This document shows, piece after piece, positions 39,208 through 49,509 of a stretch of 64,000 nucleotides of DNA. The notes beneath the pieces are model-generated. The model was not told the DNA's origin, did not search any database, and saw only the letters and a list, made by a program, of their open reading frames with translations. Each line of letters begins with the position of its first letter. The stretch's first letter is position 1. The DNA is from a virus. The stretch spans positions 12,100-76,099 of IMG/VR virus record IMGVR_UViG_3300042691_020140; one strand, written 5' to 3'. A program made the translations under genes and the position numbers.

Positions 39208-39453
39208 ATGAACCGCCAAAAATTCGCTCAGTTCCTAGAGGACACCCGTTGCCACTTGTCCGGCAAGGCACACAATCTGACCGACCACCGGCTAGGTGAA
39301 ATCGACCGGATGCTCGACAATGCCCACAATCTGATTTTCGCCAACGATGCCGGTTATTCTCGGGCGGACATGGACACCGCCGTTGCTATGGTTCGGTATG
39401 TCCGTCGCCGTCTTGACCCGTTGCCGTGGGTAACTCTCGACGACATAATGTAA
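39208..39453 (+). CDS. Hypothetical cassette protein
   Basis: GGAGG RBS. Confidence 0.65.
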   Translation: MNRQKFAQFLEDTRCHLSGKAHNLTDHRLGEIDRMLDNAHNLIFANDAGYSRADMDTAVAMVRYVRRRLDPLPWVTLDDIM

Positions 39454-39624
39454 TCTAGGTACTTTTGGGGGAGCTACGGCTCCCCTAAAAGATGTGAAAT
39501 TTTTGGGGGACTCTTCGAGTCCCCTATTTTTCCTCATCGTTCTCTAATGTTGGGGCTTTCGCCCTATGATATAATACAAATAGGTCAAGTTGACCCTAGC
39601 ACTTATCAGTATAAGGAGCATAAG

Positions 39625-39867
39625 ATGTATCAGGTAGTTATCGAATTCCGTGATGCGTACATTGAGACTGAGATGGAAAAGTTGACAGATTTGCGTGACA
39701 TAATATCAGAGACTATTCCGAATTATATTCAGTATGCTGAGCTGTATCTCGGCGAGCCCGTCCGTAAGGCACACGCTACAATATCGTCTAATGGTGTACT
39801 TATCGGCGTTAAGTTGTTTTCATTCTATCGTCAAAAGTTATCTGAAAAGTTGGAGGTCTTCATCTAG
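39625..39867 (+). CDS. Hypothetical cassette protein
   Basis: AAGGAG RBS. Confidence 0.65.
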   Translation: MYQVVIEFRDAYIETEMEKLTDLRDIISETIPNYIQYAELYLGEPVRKAHATISSNGVLIGVKLFSFYRQKLSEKLEVFI

Positions 39868-40102
39868 TGATTACCCTACCCCTAATGGTTGCAGCTATCC
39901 TACTGGTAGTAGTACTCGATACTAAATAGTCCCTAGACCCTCGCTAGTAGCTAGCGGGGGTCTTTTATTGTCAAGTAGATTTGGGGGTCTCTTCGAGTCC
40001 CCTATTTTCTCTCATCTAGCTCTAATCTAATTCGTGCATAGACGTGTGATATGTTTGTTATAATAAGTATGTAAGTTAGTTTAGTAGACAGGATGGTAAC
40101 AG

Positions 40103-40459
40103 ATGCGAATACGCAAGCCAAAGTACTATTACGTGATTCTGAATGAGCAACGTGCTAACGTTGACAGTAGCGTAGAGGCGTATGAGGATTTTTCAGAGCG
40201 TGTAAAAAGTGTGCCTATTCTTGTGTGGAAACGCACGCCGTTTACTATTGAGCAGCTTAGCCGTCTCGAGTGTGAATTAAACGGTATTGATATGTGGCAA
40301 TTTACGCAAATTGACGAGAATTTTTACGGCAATGAATTGCCACGTCATATCCATCAAAAGTGGCAATACGGCGAATATATCAGAGAAGAGGAAAAATTCC
40401 GTAAGGCGGTACGCAAGCAATTAGCAGACTATAAGAAAAAACATCCTATAGTCAAATAA
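40103..40459 (+). CDS. Hypothetical cassette protein
   Basis: 118 aa, own TATAAT promoter. Confidence 0.65.
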   Translation: MRIRKPKYYYVILNEQRANVDSSVEAYEDFSERVKSVPILVWKRTPFTIEQLSRLECELNGIDMWQFTQIDENFYGNELPRHIHQKWQYGEYIREEEKFRKAVRKQLADYKKKHPIVK

Positions 40460-40635
40460 TCACCGGCGGTATTTTTGGGGGAGCTAAGGCTCCCCTAAAA
40501 AATTACGAAAAAATTGGGGGACTCTTCGAGCCCCCTAAAATCCAAAATCTAAAATTCAATTTTCTAATCTTGCTCTCATAATTATGTACTATAATACAAA
40601 TAGGTCAAATTGACCATATGGAAAGGCGAACGGCG

Positions 40636-40977
40636 ATGAAGATGATACTAATCTATGTACAGGATGAGCATGACATTTTTAATCTTGTGTATAGCACACA
40701 CAATGACACAATGCCGGACGAAACAATACACGATATTGCACGCACACACGCACGGCACGCATGTACTGAGAATCGTTGGGATTGGACTATGATACGTATT
40801 GTTAAGGCACACGTCTCGCCGTCCACGCAAGAATTACCTACATTGTCAGTAACATTCATGATAGACGTTGAATATACGCTAGATTACAGCGACGGCGAGG
40901 AAACAATGGAATTAGCAGACTACATAAAACAAGTACGGCGTGATTATTCAGACGGTATAGGTAATCCATTTAAGTAA
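40636..40977 (+). CDS. Hypothetical cassette protein
   Basis: GAAAGG RBS. Confidence 0.65.
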   Translation: MKMILIYVQDEHDIFNLVYSTHNDTMPDETIHDIARTHARHACTENRWDWTMIRIVKAHVSPSTQELPTLSVTFMIDVEYTLDYSDGEETMELADYIKQVRRDYSDGIGNPFK

Positions 40978-41131
40978 ATATCGGCGGAATTTAGGGGAGT
41001 CGCAGCTCCCCTAAAAAATTACTCAAAATTTAGGGGACTCTTCGAGCCCCCCATTTTCTCTCATCTGGCTCTCATAATTATTGTTTATAATACAGATAGG
41101 TCAAAATTGACCACACAGAAAGGCGGACGGT

Positions 41132-41338
41132 ATGAAAATTGCACAAATGCTACTGAATGACGCATCATTCACGCAACAGGATGTCGAGGAATTCTACGCA
41201 GACTACCAACCAACCGAGCAAGATATTGCCGACATGCAACGTGGATGGGACGAGATTGAGACCAACTTGTCAGAGGTCGATTATGTCGAGCAATTCGAGA
41301 ACGCCCTGCTCTATGGTGATGGCGATTTGCCGTGGTAA
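41132..41338 (+). CDS. Very acidic 68-aa cassette protein
   Basis: Many D/E, only 1 K and 1 R; GAAAGG RBS. Confidence 0.65.
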   Translation: MKIAQMLLNDASFTQQDVEEFYADYQPTEQDIADMQRGWDEIETNLSEVDYVEQFENALLYGDGDLPW

Positions 41339-41488
41339 TCTAACCGCCGGACTTTTGGGGGAGCTGCGGCTCCCCTAAAAAATTTGCAAATTTGGGGGGC
41401 TCGAAGAGTCCCCCATTTTTTTTCTCATCTGGCTCTCATAATTATCGTGTATACTATAAATGGTTAGATAACAGTATAGGAGGTTAGC

Positions 41489-41749
41489 ATGTTTGGTATG
41501 ATGGATTTGGTAAGTTTGGCAAAAGATGCGATTGTAGGCATTAATCAATTAGGGACGTATGGCGAGCGACGTTATGAGGCAAATACGCCTGAGGCTATCA
41601 TGGCTATTCACCACTTTTTTGAGAATCGTATGTTTGGCGGTTATGCTACGGTATACCTGACGTGTGGATGTCAGTACATGTTCAACGCCCGTGATAGTCT
41701 GACTAGTGAAAGCTTGTGCGAGGGTCACGCAGAAACATTAGACATGTAA
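41489..41749 (+). CDS. Hypothetical cassette protein
   Basis: AGGAGG RBS. Confidence 0.65.
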   Translation: MFGMMDLVSLAKDAIVGINQLGTYGERRYEANTPEAIMAIHHFFENRMFGGYATVYLTCGCQYMFNARDSLTSESLCEGHAETLDM

Positions 41750-41907
41750 ACGACCACGATTTTTGGGGGAGCTGCGGCTCCCCTAAAAAATATGCAAAAT
41801 TTGGGGGACTCTTCGAGACCCCCATTTTCTCTCATCTGATTCTTATCTAATTAGCTTTTTGCTATGATATAATTACAGTGTAGTCAAGTTATACGGAGGT
41901 AGCACTT

Positions 41908-42195
41908 ATGAAGTATGCGAACAAACAATTTTCCCACGGAACGCTCAACCCTCGGCACTTGCTAGTAATTTCCTTAGATTTTATTAAGGATGTTGCTGAC
42001 CTGCTGAGTGAAGTTAAGGATGTGTTACGTAAGGCGGCGTATCTTTCACATGCTGACGAGTGGCACGAGCTGACTGAGATGTGGATGACTGTGTTTGAGT
42101 ATCTCGAAACACTTGCAGAAGATGGCTATTACTTCGGGTGTACTGAGGGTGATGGTAGCGACATCGGATGGTGGCAAGTGGTGGGGGAGGACTAG
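41908..42195 (+). CDS. Conserved-looking phage hypothetical protein
   Basis: GYYFGCTEGDGSDIGWW motif; GGAGG RBS. Confidence 0.65.
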   Translation: MKYANKQFSHGTLNPRHLLVISLDFIKDVADLLSEVKDVLRKAAYLSHADEWHELTEMWMTVFEYLETLAEDGYYFGCTEGDGSDIGWWQVVGED

Positions 42196-42321
42196 CTCCA
42201 ACCCCACGTCGTTTTTGGGGGACTCGAAGAGACCCCCATTTTCTCTAATCTGGTTCTCATAAATGTGTTGTATAATAAGAATGTAGTCAAGTTGTGGCTA
42301 CTTACATGATGGAGGTTTGAG

Positions 42322-42738
42322 ATGGGATTAGACATGTACGCATGGGCAGTGCCGACCGAGATTCGTGATGGTTTGTTGGGCGAGGATGGTTTCGATTTGG
42401 ATGCCGTGGATTTGTCAGCAGCGGGCGTTAACACCGATTTGGCGTATTGGCGAAAACATCATCACTTGCACGGATGGATGCAACGCCTGTATGCTGAAAA
42501 GACCGGCAACGAGGACGAGTCAGCGTTTAATTGTGTGTATGTGGAATTGACCGCCGATGATTTGGACCGATTAGAAGAGGCAATTACCAACGATGAATTA
42601 ACACCGACCGAGGGATTTTTCTTTGGCAGTCATACTGATATTTGCGACGACGACCGAGAGTCTGACTTGAAGTTTTTAGTAGACGCACGAGAAGCAATCG
42701 CAGACGGCTATCACGTACTCTATCATTCATGGTGGTAG
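42322..42738 (+). CDS. Conserved phage hypothetical protein (MGLDMY...YWRK...FNC...GFFFG type), acidic
   Basis: Recognisable motif pattern; GGAGG RBS. Confidence 0.7.
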   Translation: MGLDMYAWAVPTEIRDGLLGEDGFDLDAVDLSAAGVNTDLAYWRKHHHLHGWMQRLYAEKTGNEDESAFNCVYVELTADDLDRLEEAITNDELTPTEGFFFGSHTDICDDDRESDLKFLVDAREAIADGYHVLYHSWW

Positions 42739-42941
42739 ATTAGAGTAGGATAAGAACCGCTCTCATAATCGGGGGCGGTTTCTTATTGTCAAGTGGAAAT
42801 GGGGGAGTCGAAGAGCCCCCCATTTTTAGATTAATAGAAAATTAAAATTCAAAATTCAGAATTCAAAATTCAATTTTCATATTGACACCGGCTAGAATCT
42901 AGTGTACAATATAGATGTAAGTTAGATAGAGAGGATTTTAC

Positions 42942-43145
42942 ATGGCATCTTTTGACCGGTCCGTAGATTCACGCAAGTTTGGGGCAGAGATTGAGTATTA
43001 TGAGTATCATCTACTCGCATCCGTTGACGATGGTACTTTTAATGCAAAAGACGCATTACGCATCAAAGACCGTCTTGACCAATTGTTGGAAGTTATCGGC
43101 GTACTTGTAAGTGAGGAGCTAGACCATGACCAAAGTGACGATTAA
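42942..43145 (+). CDS. Hypothetical cassette protein
   Basis: TTGACA-17-TACAAT promoter; GAGG RBS. Confidence 0.6.
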   Translation: MASFDRSVDSRKFGAEIEYYEYHLLASVDDGTFNAKDALRIKDRLDQLLEVIGVLVSEELDHDQSDD

Positions 43146-43428
43146 ACCTGCCGTGTATGATGATAAGATTTATGACTATAAGGAAGTTTCACCGCTTGAC
43201 TTTGTGGATGGTACAGAGGATAATTATCGCTCGCTATGTGCTAACTATGCTATCAAGTATCTTAAGAAGCGTGGCCTGCGTAGTGCGATGTTCCAATTTT
43301 GGATTATCATGGATGAGACAGGTGAGCTGCTAGATGTAGTAGAATATACTTACATGATTGACCGAGCCACGTATAACAAAACCGATGTTTCTTGCCCATC
43401 CTCGTGTATGTTTCATCCCGACCGATAG
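43126..43428 (+). CDS. Hypothetical protein with a C-terminus matching part of the Gp88-like gene
   Basis: Ends VSCPSSCMFHP, as in 45773-46477. Confidence 0.6.
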   Translation: MTKVTIKPAVYDDKIYDYKEVSPLDFVDGTEDNYRSLCANYAIKYLKKRGLRSAMFQFWIIMDETGELLDVVEYTYMIDRATYNKTDVSCPSSCMFHPDR

Positions 43429-43609
43429 CGTAGAAATCCCCAAAGAGTAAAATCGGCGGGGATTTTTATTGTCAAGTAAAAATAGGGGACTCTTCGAGCC
43501 CCCCAACTTCTCTCATTTTTCTCTCATCATTCTCTAACGTTACGGCGTATGTGGTATGCTATAATAAAGATGGTTAGGAAAGCAGTAGTAATAACGAAAG
43601 GTCAAGACA

Positions 43610-44209
43610 ATGAGCAAGAAACATGTGGTGCGTGAGATGGATTTCGGTTTCAAGACTGACGTGCAATTGATTTGTGCCGTCACCGGTGCGAGTGCTGACA
43701 AAGTGACAAAGCCACTTGCGTACCTGTCTGAGGCTAGTGAAGCAGAATTGTCACAATGGTTTACGCCTACGCAAATCACACGCCTCAAGTCTGCTTTTGA
43801 GCTGTCTAAGCGTCGTGCCGTATCGTTGCCCACGCAAATCCGTGCCCCTGCTGATGCAGCTACGTACCTGATGGCTAACTATCAAGACAAGATGCAAGAG
43901 CATTTTATCGTGTTGTGTCTGAATACGAAAAATCGCATCATCTCGACGGTAGAATTGTACAAAGGTGCATTGAACACTAGCGTAGTACGCACCGGCGAAG
44001 TATTCCGTGAGGCTATCAAAGTTAACGCATGTGCTATCATCATCGCACATAATCATCCGAGTGGTGATATTACGCCGTCTGCTGAGGATGTCAGTACTAC
44101 CCGAGATATTGCAAGTGCCGGTAAATTGTTAGACATCGATTTACTAGACCACTTGATTATCGGGCATGGTCAATGGACTAGTCTGCGTGAGCGTGGCTTA
44201 GGATTCTAG
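43610..44209 (+). CDS. radC: RadC family JAB-domain protein
   Basis: QEHFIVLCLNTKN, AHNHPSGD..PS.ED, LLDHLIIG. Confidence 0.92.
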   Translation: MSKKHVVREMDFGFKTDVQLICAVTGASADKVTKPLAYLSEASEAELSQWFTPTQITRLKSAFELSKRRAVSLPTQIRAPADAATYLMANYQDKMQEHFIVLCLNTKNRIISTVELYKGALNTSVVRTGEVFREAIKVNACAIIIAHNHPSGDITPSAEDVSTTRDIASAGKLLDIDLLDHLIIGHGQWTSLRERGLGF

Positions 44210-44376
44210 ACCACGCCGGTTTTTGGGGGAGCTACGGCTCCCCTAAAAATTTCGGCAAAGTTGGGGGGCTCGAAGAGTCCCCCATTTTCTCTCATCATTC
44301 TCTCATACTATTCTGTTTGTAGACATGCTATACTATAAATGGTTAGGAAAGCAGTAGCAGTAATAAGGAGACAAAC

Positions 44377-44568
44377 ATGAAGCAGGTACAGGACATGGAG
44401 CAGACCATTAATCGCAAGGTTATCAATCCGTTTAAGACGATTTTGGACCTTATGACGATGGGGCACTCGTATCGTGACGGCGCAATCATGCGTGTGATGC
44501 TCGCCGGTTATCTCATCAACTGGTTAGAGGGGTATCGCCGATACTGGGATAGCCAAATCGGGCGGTAA
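44377..44568 (+). CDS. Hypothetical cassette protein
   Basis: AAGGAG RBS. Confidence 0.6.
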   Translation: MKQVQDMEQTINRKVINPFKTILDLMTMGHSYRDGAIMRVMLAGYLINWLEGYRRYWDSQIGR

Positions 44569-44723
44569 ATTCCACAGGATTTGGGGGAGCTGCGGCTCCC
44601 CTAAATTCATCGCCAAAAATGGGGGGCTCGAAGAGTCCCCCAAATCCTCTCATTATTCTCTAATGTAGCACACACTTTTTGTATGCTATACTATAGATGT
44701 AAGTTAGTTAGATAGGAGATTTT

Positions 44724-44939
44724 ATGAAGGCTAAACTTCGTATCGGTGATGATGGTCGGTTAGAAAGATACTACGCTACACATTGTCAGACATGTGGGAT
44801 TGAGCAACGTCACTTGCGTGCGTTTGGCTTCCCACTAAAGTTTTATGACTTTTATCACTACTGCTTCTTCGATGGTCACAGAGGTACTAAACATATTTGC
44901 AAAGTGTGTGAACACAAGTATTCGCAATATCAGCCATAG
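44724..44939 (+). CDS. Small Zn-finger-like cassette protein
   Basis: CQTC...CKVC; AGGAG RBS. Confidence 0.6.
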   Translation: MKAKLRIGDDGRLERYYATHCQTCGIEQRHLRAFGFPLKFYDFYHYCFFDGHRGTKHICKVCEHKYSQYQP

Positions 44940-44949
44940 GAGTTACAGA

Positions 44950-45153
44950 ATGAGTACAAGATTTCGTATAGGGCGTGAATTGTTTGTGGTGGAATCTCCT
45001 AGCAAAAAATGGATAGTACTAATTGTGCTTGAAGTACCGAACAAAGGATGGGTAGTTAATATTACTAGGGATATGGAAATTGTGGAATCTCAATATTGGT
45101 TTGACTCTCAAGAGCAAGCCGGCGAATTCGCCGAGAAGTGGATGCCCACGTAG
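44950..45153 (+). CDS. Hypothetical protein
   Basis: AGGAG RBS before MSTRFRIG. Confidence 0.6.
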   Translation: MSTRFRIGRELFVVESPSKKWIVLIVLEVPNKGWVVNITRDMEIVESQYWFDSQEQAGEFAEKWMPT

Positions 45154-45309
45154 TCTTTGAGGCTTAAATCAATACCCGATGCAGCTTAGGCTACGTCGGG
45201 TACGATTTTTAGGGGACTCTTCGAGCCCCCCAATTTCTCTCATCTTTCTCTAATGTTTCTAAGCATATACGCATGGTATACTAAGTATGTAAGTTAGTTA
45301 TAGGAGGTA

Positions 45310-45561
45310 GTGATGATTAGCGTTTTGATTGTCGGTGGTGACCGCTCGAGCATGGTAGACGGTTTGGCGTATGACTTGCATAAGGGTATCATTTTCTTGC
45401 GATTCAAGACGACGCAAAAATGGTACGCAAAGCATGTCGGTTTGGAATACATCATGGAAGCTATTGACGTGTGGATGGATGAGAATCAGTCATTTGGCAA
45501 GTGGGCAAATCAGAATCACATTACTAAGAATATGACATTTTTTAGTGATGTAGACCTGTAA
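45310..45561 (+). CDS. KTSC-like domain protein
   Basis: SSMVDGLAYD...LRFKT...SFGKWAN.HI. Confidence 0.55.
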   Translation: MMISVLIVGGDRSSMVDGLAYDLHKGIIFLRFKTTQKWYAKHVGLEYIMEAIDVWMDENQSFGKWANQNHITKNMTFFSDVDL

Positions 45562-45772
45562 GCACCACGGAGTTTTGGGGGAGCTGCGGCTCCCCTAAAA
45601 TTTTTGTCGATTTTTGGGGGACTCTTCGAGACCCCCATTTTCCTACCCGAGCTGCCAGCTGGCCCACGGCCACTCTCATCTGTCTCTCATTTAATTCTAA
45701 GCACTTATTAATATAGGGCGGTCGTGAGCATGTTATACTATGAATGTAAGTTAATTATATGTGAGGTGTGAG

Positions 45773-46477
45773 ATGCGTTTTGTAGTAGCTTCAAAAAATG
45801 ACAAATTGTCCCGTGGTAAAAATGTCATTGCCACGTATAGCCGGACCGGTGTTTCTTGTCCGTCGTCGTGTATGTTTCATCCCGAGCCCGATGCGTATGC
45901 CGTTGAGAAGCGTAATGCTTTCGGACGTGTCACAACGTGCTACACGTTGAAAGGCAACACACGCTATCATCAAAAGAGTCTTACATCTATCGATGCTCTT
46001 AAGGTGCGTGTAAGTGTTAAGAAGTTTCTTGATTTACGTAATGCTAAACGTGGTAAAGGTGTCACGCAAGCTAAACGTATTGATACAATCCGGTGGAATG
46101 TGTCCGGCGATGTTTTTGACGGCAATCTACCTAACGTTGAGTATATTGACGCAATTGTTTGGGCGTGTCAACAATTAGATAACGCAGGCATTAAATCGTT
46201 AGGTTATACACACGGATGGCACTTGCCTGAATTGCAAGCCCTTAAACAATGGTTTATGGCTTCATGTGATACAAAAGAAGAGGTATTGCAAGCTCAAGAG
46301 ATGGGATGGATGACCGCCCTCGTTATCGGCGATAATACAGACGTTAGCGGTCTTAAAATCGGTAAGTGTCCAAATCAGCTGACAAAAGGCAAAATTAAAT
46401 GTGATGAGTGTATGCTATGCTCGCCCTCAAGCTTGCCAAAGTTTAGCTCTCGTGTGGTAGGTTTAAGCTATCACTAG
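45773..46477 (+). CDS. Gp88-like Cys-rich phage protein
   Basis: SCPSSC, CYTLKG, RWNVSGD, GYTH, ASCD, CPNQ..C..C.LC. Confidence 0.65.
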   Translation: MRFVVASKNDKLSRGKNVIATYSRTGVSCPSSCMFHPEPDAYAVEKRNAFGRVTTCYTLKGNTRYHQKSLTSIDALKVRVSVKKFLDLRNAKRGKGVTQAKRIDTIRWNVSGDVFDGNLPNVEYIDAIVWACQQLDNAGIKSLGYTHGWHLPELQALKQWFMASCDTKEEVLQAQEMGWMTALVIGDNTDVSGLKIGKCPNQLTKGKIKCDECMLCSPSSLPKFSSRVVGLSYH

Positions 46478-46792
46478 ACGGTATATCCTCGTGATACCCC
46501 TAACGCCAGTTAGGGGTATTTTTATTGTCAAGTGGAATTGGGGGGCTCGAAGAGTCCCCTAAAACTACGGATCTACTCTATTTTATACTACAATAGATAG
46601 TAGTAAATTATTCAAAAGTAGAAAAGAAAAATTCTCAAAAATTCAAAATTCAAAATCCAAAATCTAAAATTCAAATCTCAAACTTCGCTGCACTTGTACA
46701 CTAAGGGACTTAAGGAGCATTGGAATTTTTTAGATCCGTAATTTAGGCACAGAAAAGCCCCAGACTTGGGGCCGTTCTGTAAAATTCAAATT

Positions 46793-47038
46793 CTAATCTT
46801 CGCTTACGTAGATTGAGCCTACCTTTTTAAACGTACTAGGATTATATTCCTTACCGACATCCCATGTAGCGTATTGCTTCTCAATCATGGTAATAAGTAC
46901 GTATGTGTATAACTCCGGCGGGGTTTCTTTTCGGAACATCTCCGCCCTACGTTCTGCATAGTAAGAAGAGCTACAACGACTGTACCAATACCGTTTATAA
47001 TCGGGCCCGATAATCCAAATGTTAAATTCAAACTTCAC
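46793..47038 (-). CDS. Hypothetical protein
   Basis: 81 aa, GAGG RBS. Confidence 0.55.
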   Translation of the reverse strand: MKFEFNIWIIGPDYKRYWYSRCSSSYYAERRAEMFRKETPPELYTYVLITMIEKQYATWDVGKEYNPSTFKKVGSIYVSED

Positions 47039-47039
47039 T

Positions 47040-47663
47040 CTAGTATTCCTCCTCTTTACTTCGGTATTCCTCTAATAAGTCATGAATAGCAAACTCAATC
47101 CCCTTAGCGATAACTGTACGACAGATGTTAGATACTAAGTCTGTTGTGTTGACCGCCTTAACAGCATGGCTCTCTAACTCAAGTGCATCGAATGATTCTA
47201 CACCTGCATATAAGTGCGGCATATATACACCGCCGAGTAATCTATGCAGTAGAATCTTACGCTGTCCCTCTGTAATACACTCCCAGACAGACATGAATCT
47301 AAGCTCTGCAAATTCGTACACTAGGTCAACATCAAGCCATTCACGCTGATTATCGTTTCGCCACCGTAATCGCTTAGATAAGTTGTGTAAGAATTCATAG
47401 GCGATACCCTGTAAGTTTCTTGGCGTAAACTCTACACAGTACATATTAGCATCTGTAATAACAAACTTAATACCCAAGTCACCAAACGCATTAGCAAATG
47501 ACTCCAACTCACGGACAAAGAACGCCTTGTTAGCTTTCTCTACAACTGAAGCGTTGTAGTAAGGACAAACTTTGATAGAATACTTAGCGTCTGAAATCCA
47601 AGTCTCCCTCTGAATACAAAACTTCTGCAAATCCAAAATTGAAAATTCAAAATTCACTTCCAT
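47040..47663 (-). CDS. Hypothetical protein
   Basis: 207 aa, AGGAGG RBS. Confidence 0.65.
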   Translation of the reverse strand: MEVNFEFSILDLQKFCIQRETWISDAKYSIKVCPYYNASVVEKANKAFFVRELESFANAFGDLGIKFVITDANMYCVEFTPRNLQGIAYEFLHNLSKRLRWRNDNQREWLDVDLVYEFAELRFMSVWECITEGQRKILLHRLLGGVYMPHLYAGVESFDALELESHAVKAVNTTDLVSNICRTVIAKGIEFAIHDLLEEYRSKEEEY

Positions 47664-47848
47664 AACTACCTCCTATAAATCTCGACTACACGTTTAGTAT
47701 AGCACAGATAATCACCAGATTACATTAGAGCCACGTTAGAATTAATAGGGGACTCTTCGATACCCCCATTCTCTCTCTCATCTAATTCTAATGTTGACAT
47801 TTCTAATGTATGCTATAATACAAATGGGTTAAGTTTTAGTAGGAGTTA

Positions 47849-48697
47849 GTGATGATTACTAAGTTTGTGTTCACCTCAAATGGTGCGGGCGGGATGAATG
47901 TTGTCGTCAATGGTGAGAATGTCGGTGCTATGTACCCTGATACGACTGGCATGTACGAGCTTTATCAAATCACCGATGTTGACACCGAAAACGAGAGTTT
48001 GAAAGTCAGCTACAACGCTATTGATTTGCGTAAGCGTATGACTACTAAACAGGCTGTCGAAGAAATGCTTAAGTGGAACACTGGACGGCATATGTTAGAT
48101 AGTGGCGGTTATGGTAATCGTGGATGGGAGCGTTTGCAGGGCGTTGATTTAATGGCACGTCCTGAAGCTGTTATCGATGAACATGGTTATACGCAAGACT
48201 TGTTTCACTACCTGATTGAGCGTGTACACTTCTGTCAAGAAGCACAAGAATACTTCGATAAGGTGGACGCTGAGAATCCTGACTTGTCATATGCTGAGAT
48301 TCTTAAGAAGCTCTATGATGAAGATGTGATTATCCACAACTGCTCGGGCTTGACTGCTAATGAAGATAATACCCTGTCACAGGACTTCATTTGGCATAGC
48401 GTAGAAGTCAAGTTGCCACAGTGGGATGATTATGAGACTATGACTATTATTCAATCGCACAATGGTGCAGATATTCGGGGCGGTTATTCTAAGCCATTCT
48501 TCTTTATGACTGAGTACGAAAACATCTTGTTAGATATTAATCGTGCTTGTGTATACTGTGATAGCTGTCATACTAACTGGTACAGTGATGATGGTTCTAA
48601 CACATGGGAGAGTGATGACGATGGGGCGTGTGATTGGACTAACAACTGGAATGGCACAAACTTTGTATGTGCATGTGGCGGAGTAATTAAGGCATGA
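47849..48697 (+). CDS. Conserved phage hypothetical protein
   Basis: NTGRHMLDSGG, HNGADIRGGYS, C-terminal Cys; TTGACA/TATAAT promoter. Confidence 0.7.
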   Translation: MMITKFVFTSNGAGGMNVVVNGENVGAMYPDTTGMYELYQITDVDTENESLKVSYNAIDLRKRMTTKQAVEEMLKWNTGRHMLDSGGYGNRGWERLQGVDLMARPEAVIDEHGYTQDLFHYLIERVHFCQEAQEYFDKVDAENPDLSYAEILKKLYDEDVIIHNCSGLTANEDNTLSQDFIWHSVEVKLPQWDDYETMTIIQSHNGADIRGGYSKPFFFMTEYENILLDINRACVYCDSCHTNWYSDDGSNTWESDDDGACDWTNNWNGTNFVCACGGVIKA

Positions 48698-49050
48698 AAA
48701 TCACGGAATATGTAGCGAAGCTAGTAGACGGTCGTATTGACGGATGGTATCTCGAAAATCCCTATGTAGTGCTTCGCTACATAGGGTATGAGGGGGAAGA
48801 CCAAGACCCTTTTATTATGGAGACTGACTGGTATAGCATGGCTTGGTGTGCGTTGATTCAAATTTTGCCCGACGATGTTATTGTTAATATCATGTGCGAG
48901 CCTAACTGGTTTATGAAAGCTGCACACCAAAAGTACTATGAAGTGGTAGCAGAGGTTGAATTAATCTCTGGCGTGTGTTATAATGTAGATGTGTTCGATG
49001 GTGATATTATTCTAGTGAAGAAAGGTGATGTAGATGAATGTACCGATTAA
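48694..49050 (+). CDS. Hypothetical protein
   Basis: ATGA coupling. Confidence 0.6.
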   Translation: MKITEYVAKLVDGRIDGWYLENPYVVLRYIGYEGEDQDPFIMETDWYSMAWCALIQILPDDVIVNIMCEPNWFMKAAHQKYYEVVAEVELISGVCYNVDVFDGDIILVKKGDVDECTD

Positions 49051-49336
49051 CGTGTCAGCAATGACAAAGACAGAGCGCAAAGCTCTAATCAAGATTTTGC
49101 AGGGCAATTTCACAGACCGTCTGATTATCCAACTTGGTGATACTATGGTGACTGCTCACGGTTGGGAGTACGCCGAGAATCCATCATGGTACACTCTGTA
49201 CTACAAAGACAAGATGGTACACCAAGACGCTACGTTGGATGAGTTGTTTGATACCGATAACTATATCACGAACGTGGATGATGATGAATTAGATGCAATT
49301 CGAAAATGGTTTGATACATTCCAACCTGAATGGTAA
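49034..49336 (+). CDS. Hypothetical protein
   Basis: Operonic. Confidence 0.6.
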   Translation: MNVPINVSAMTKTERKALIKILQGNFTDRLIIQLGDTMVTAHGWEYAENPSWYTLYYKDKMVHQDATLDELFDTDNYITNVDDDELDAIRKWFDTFQPEW

Positions 49337-49509
49337 GCAGTGGCCCTCGGTGCTAGCATCGGGGGCCATCTCTTTGGCTTAGAAAATAGGGGAGTCGAAG
49401 AGTCCCCCATTCTCACTCATCAAATTCTCATTTTACTTTTGCCTAAAGTAGTGTATAATAAAGATGTTAGCAAATGACTAACACAGATTCGATTAGAGGA
49501 GTTAGACAG

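Noticed and set aside
34027-39537. ORFs built from repeats (34027, 34554, 5' part of 35628, 35657, 36224, 36292, 37488, 39084, 39292)
   Set aside because: They translate the palindromic spacers (recurring GES..SP.F peptides), lack an RBS and overlap promoters
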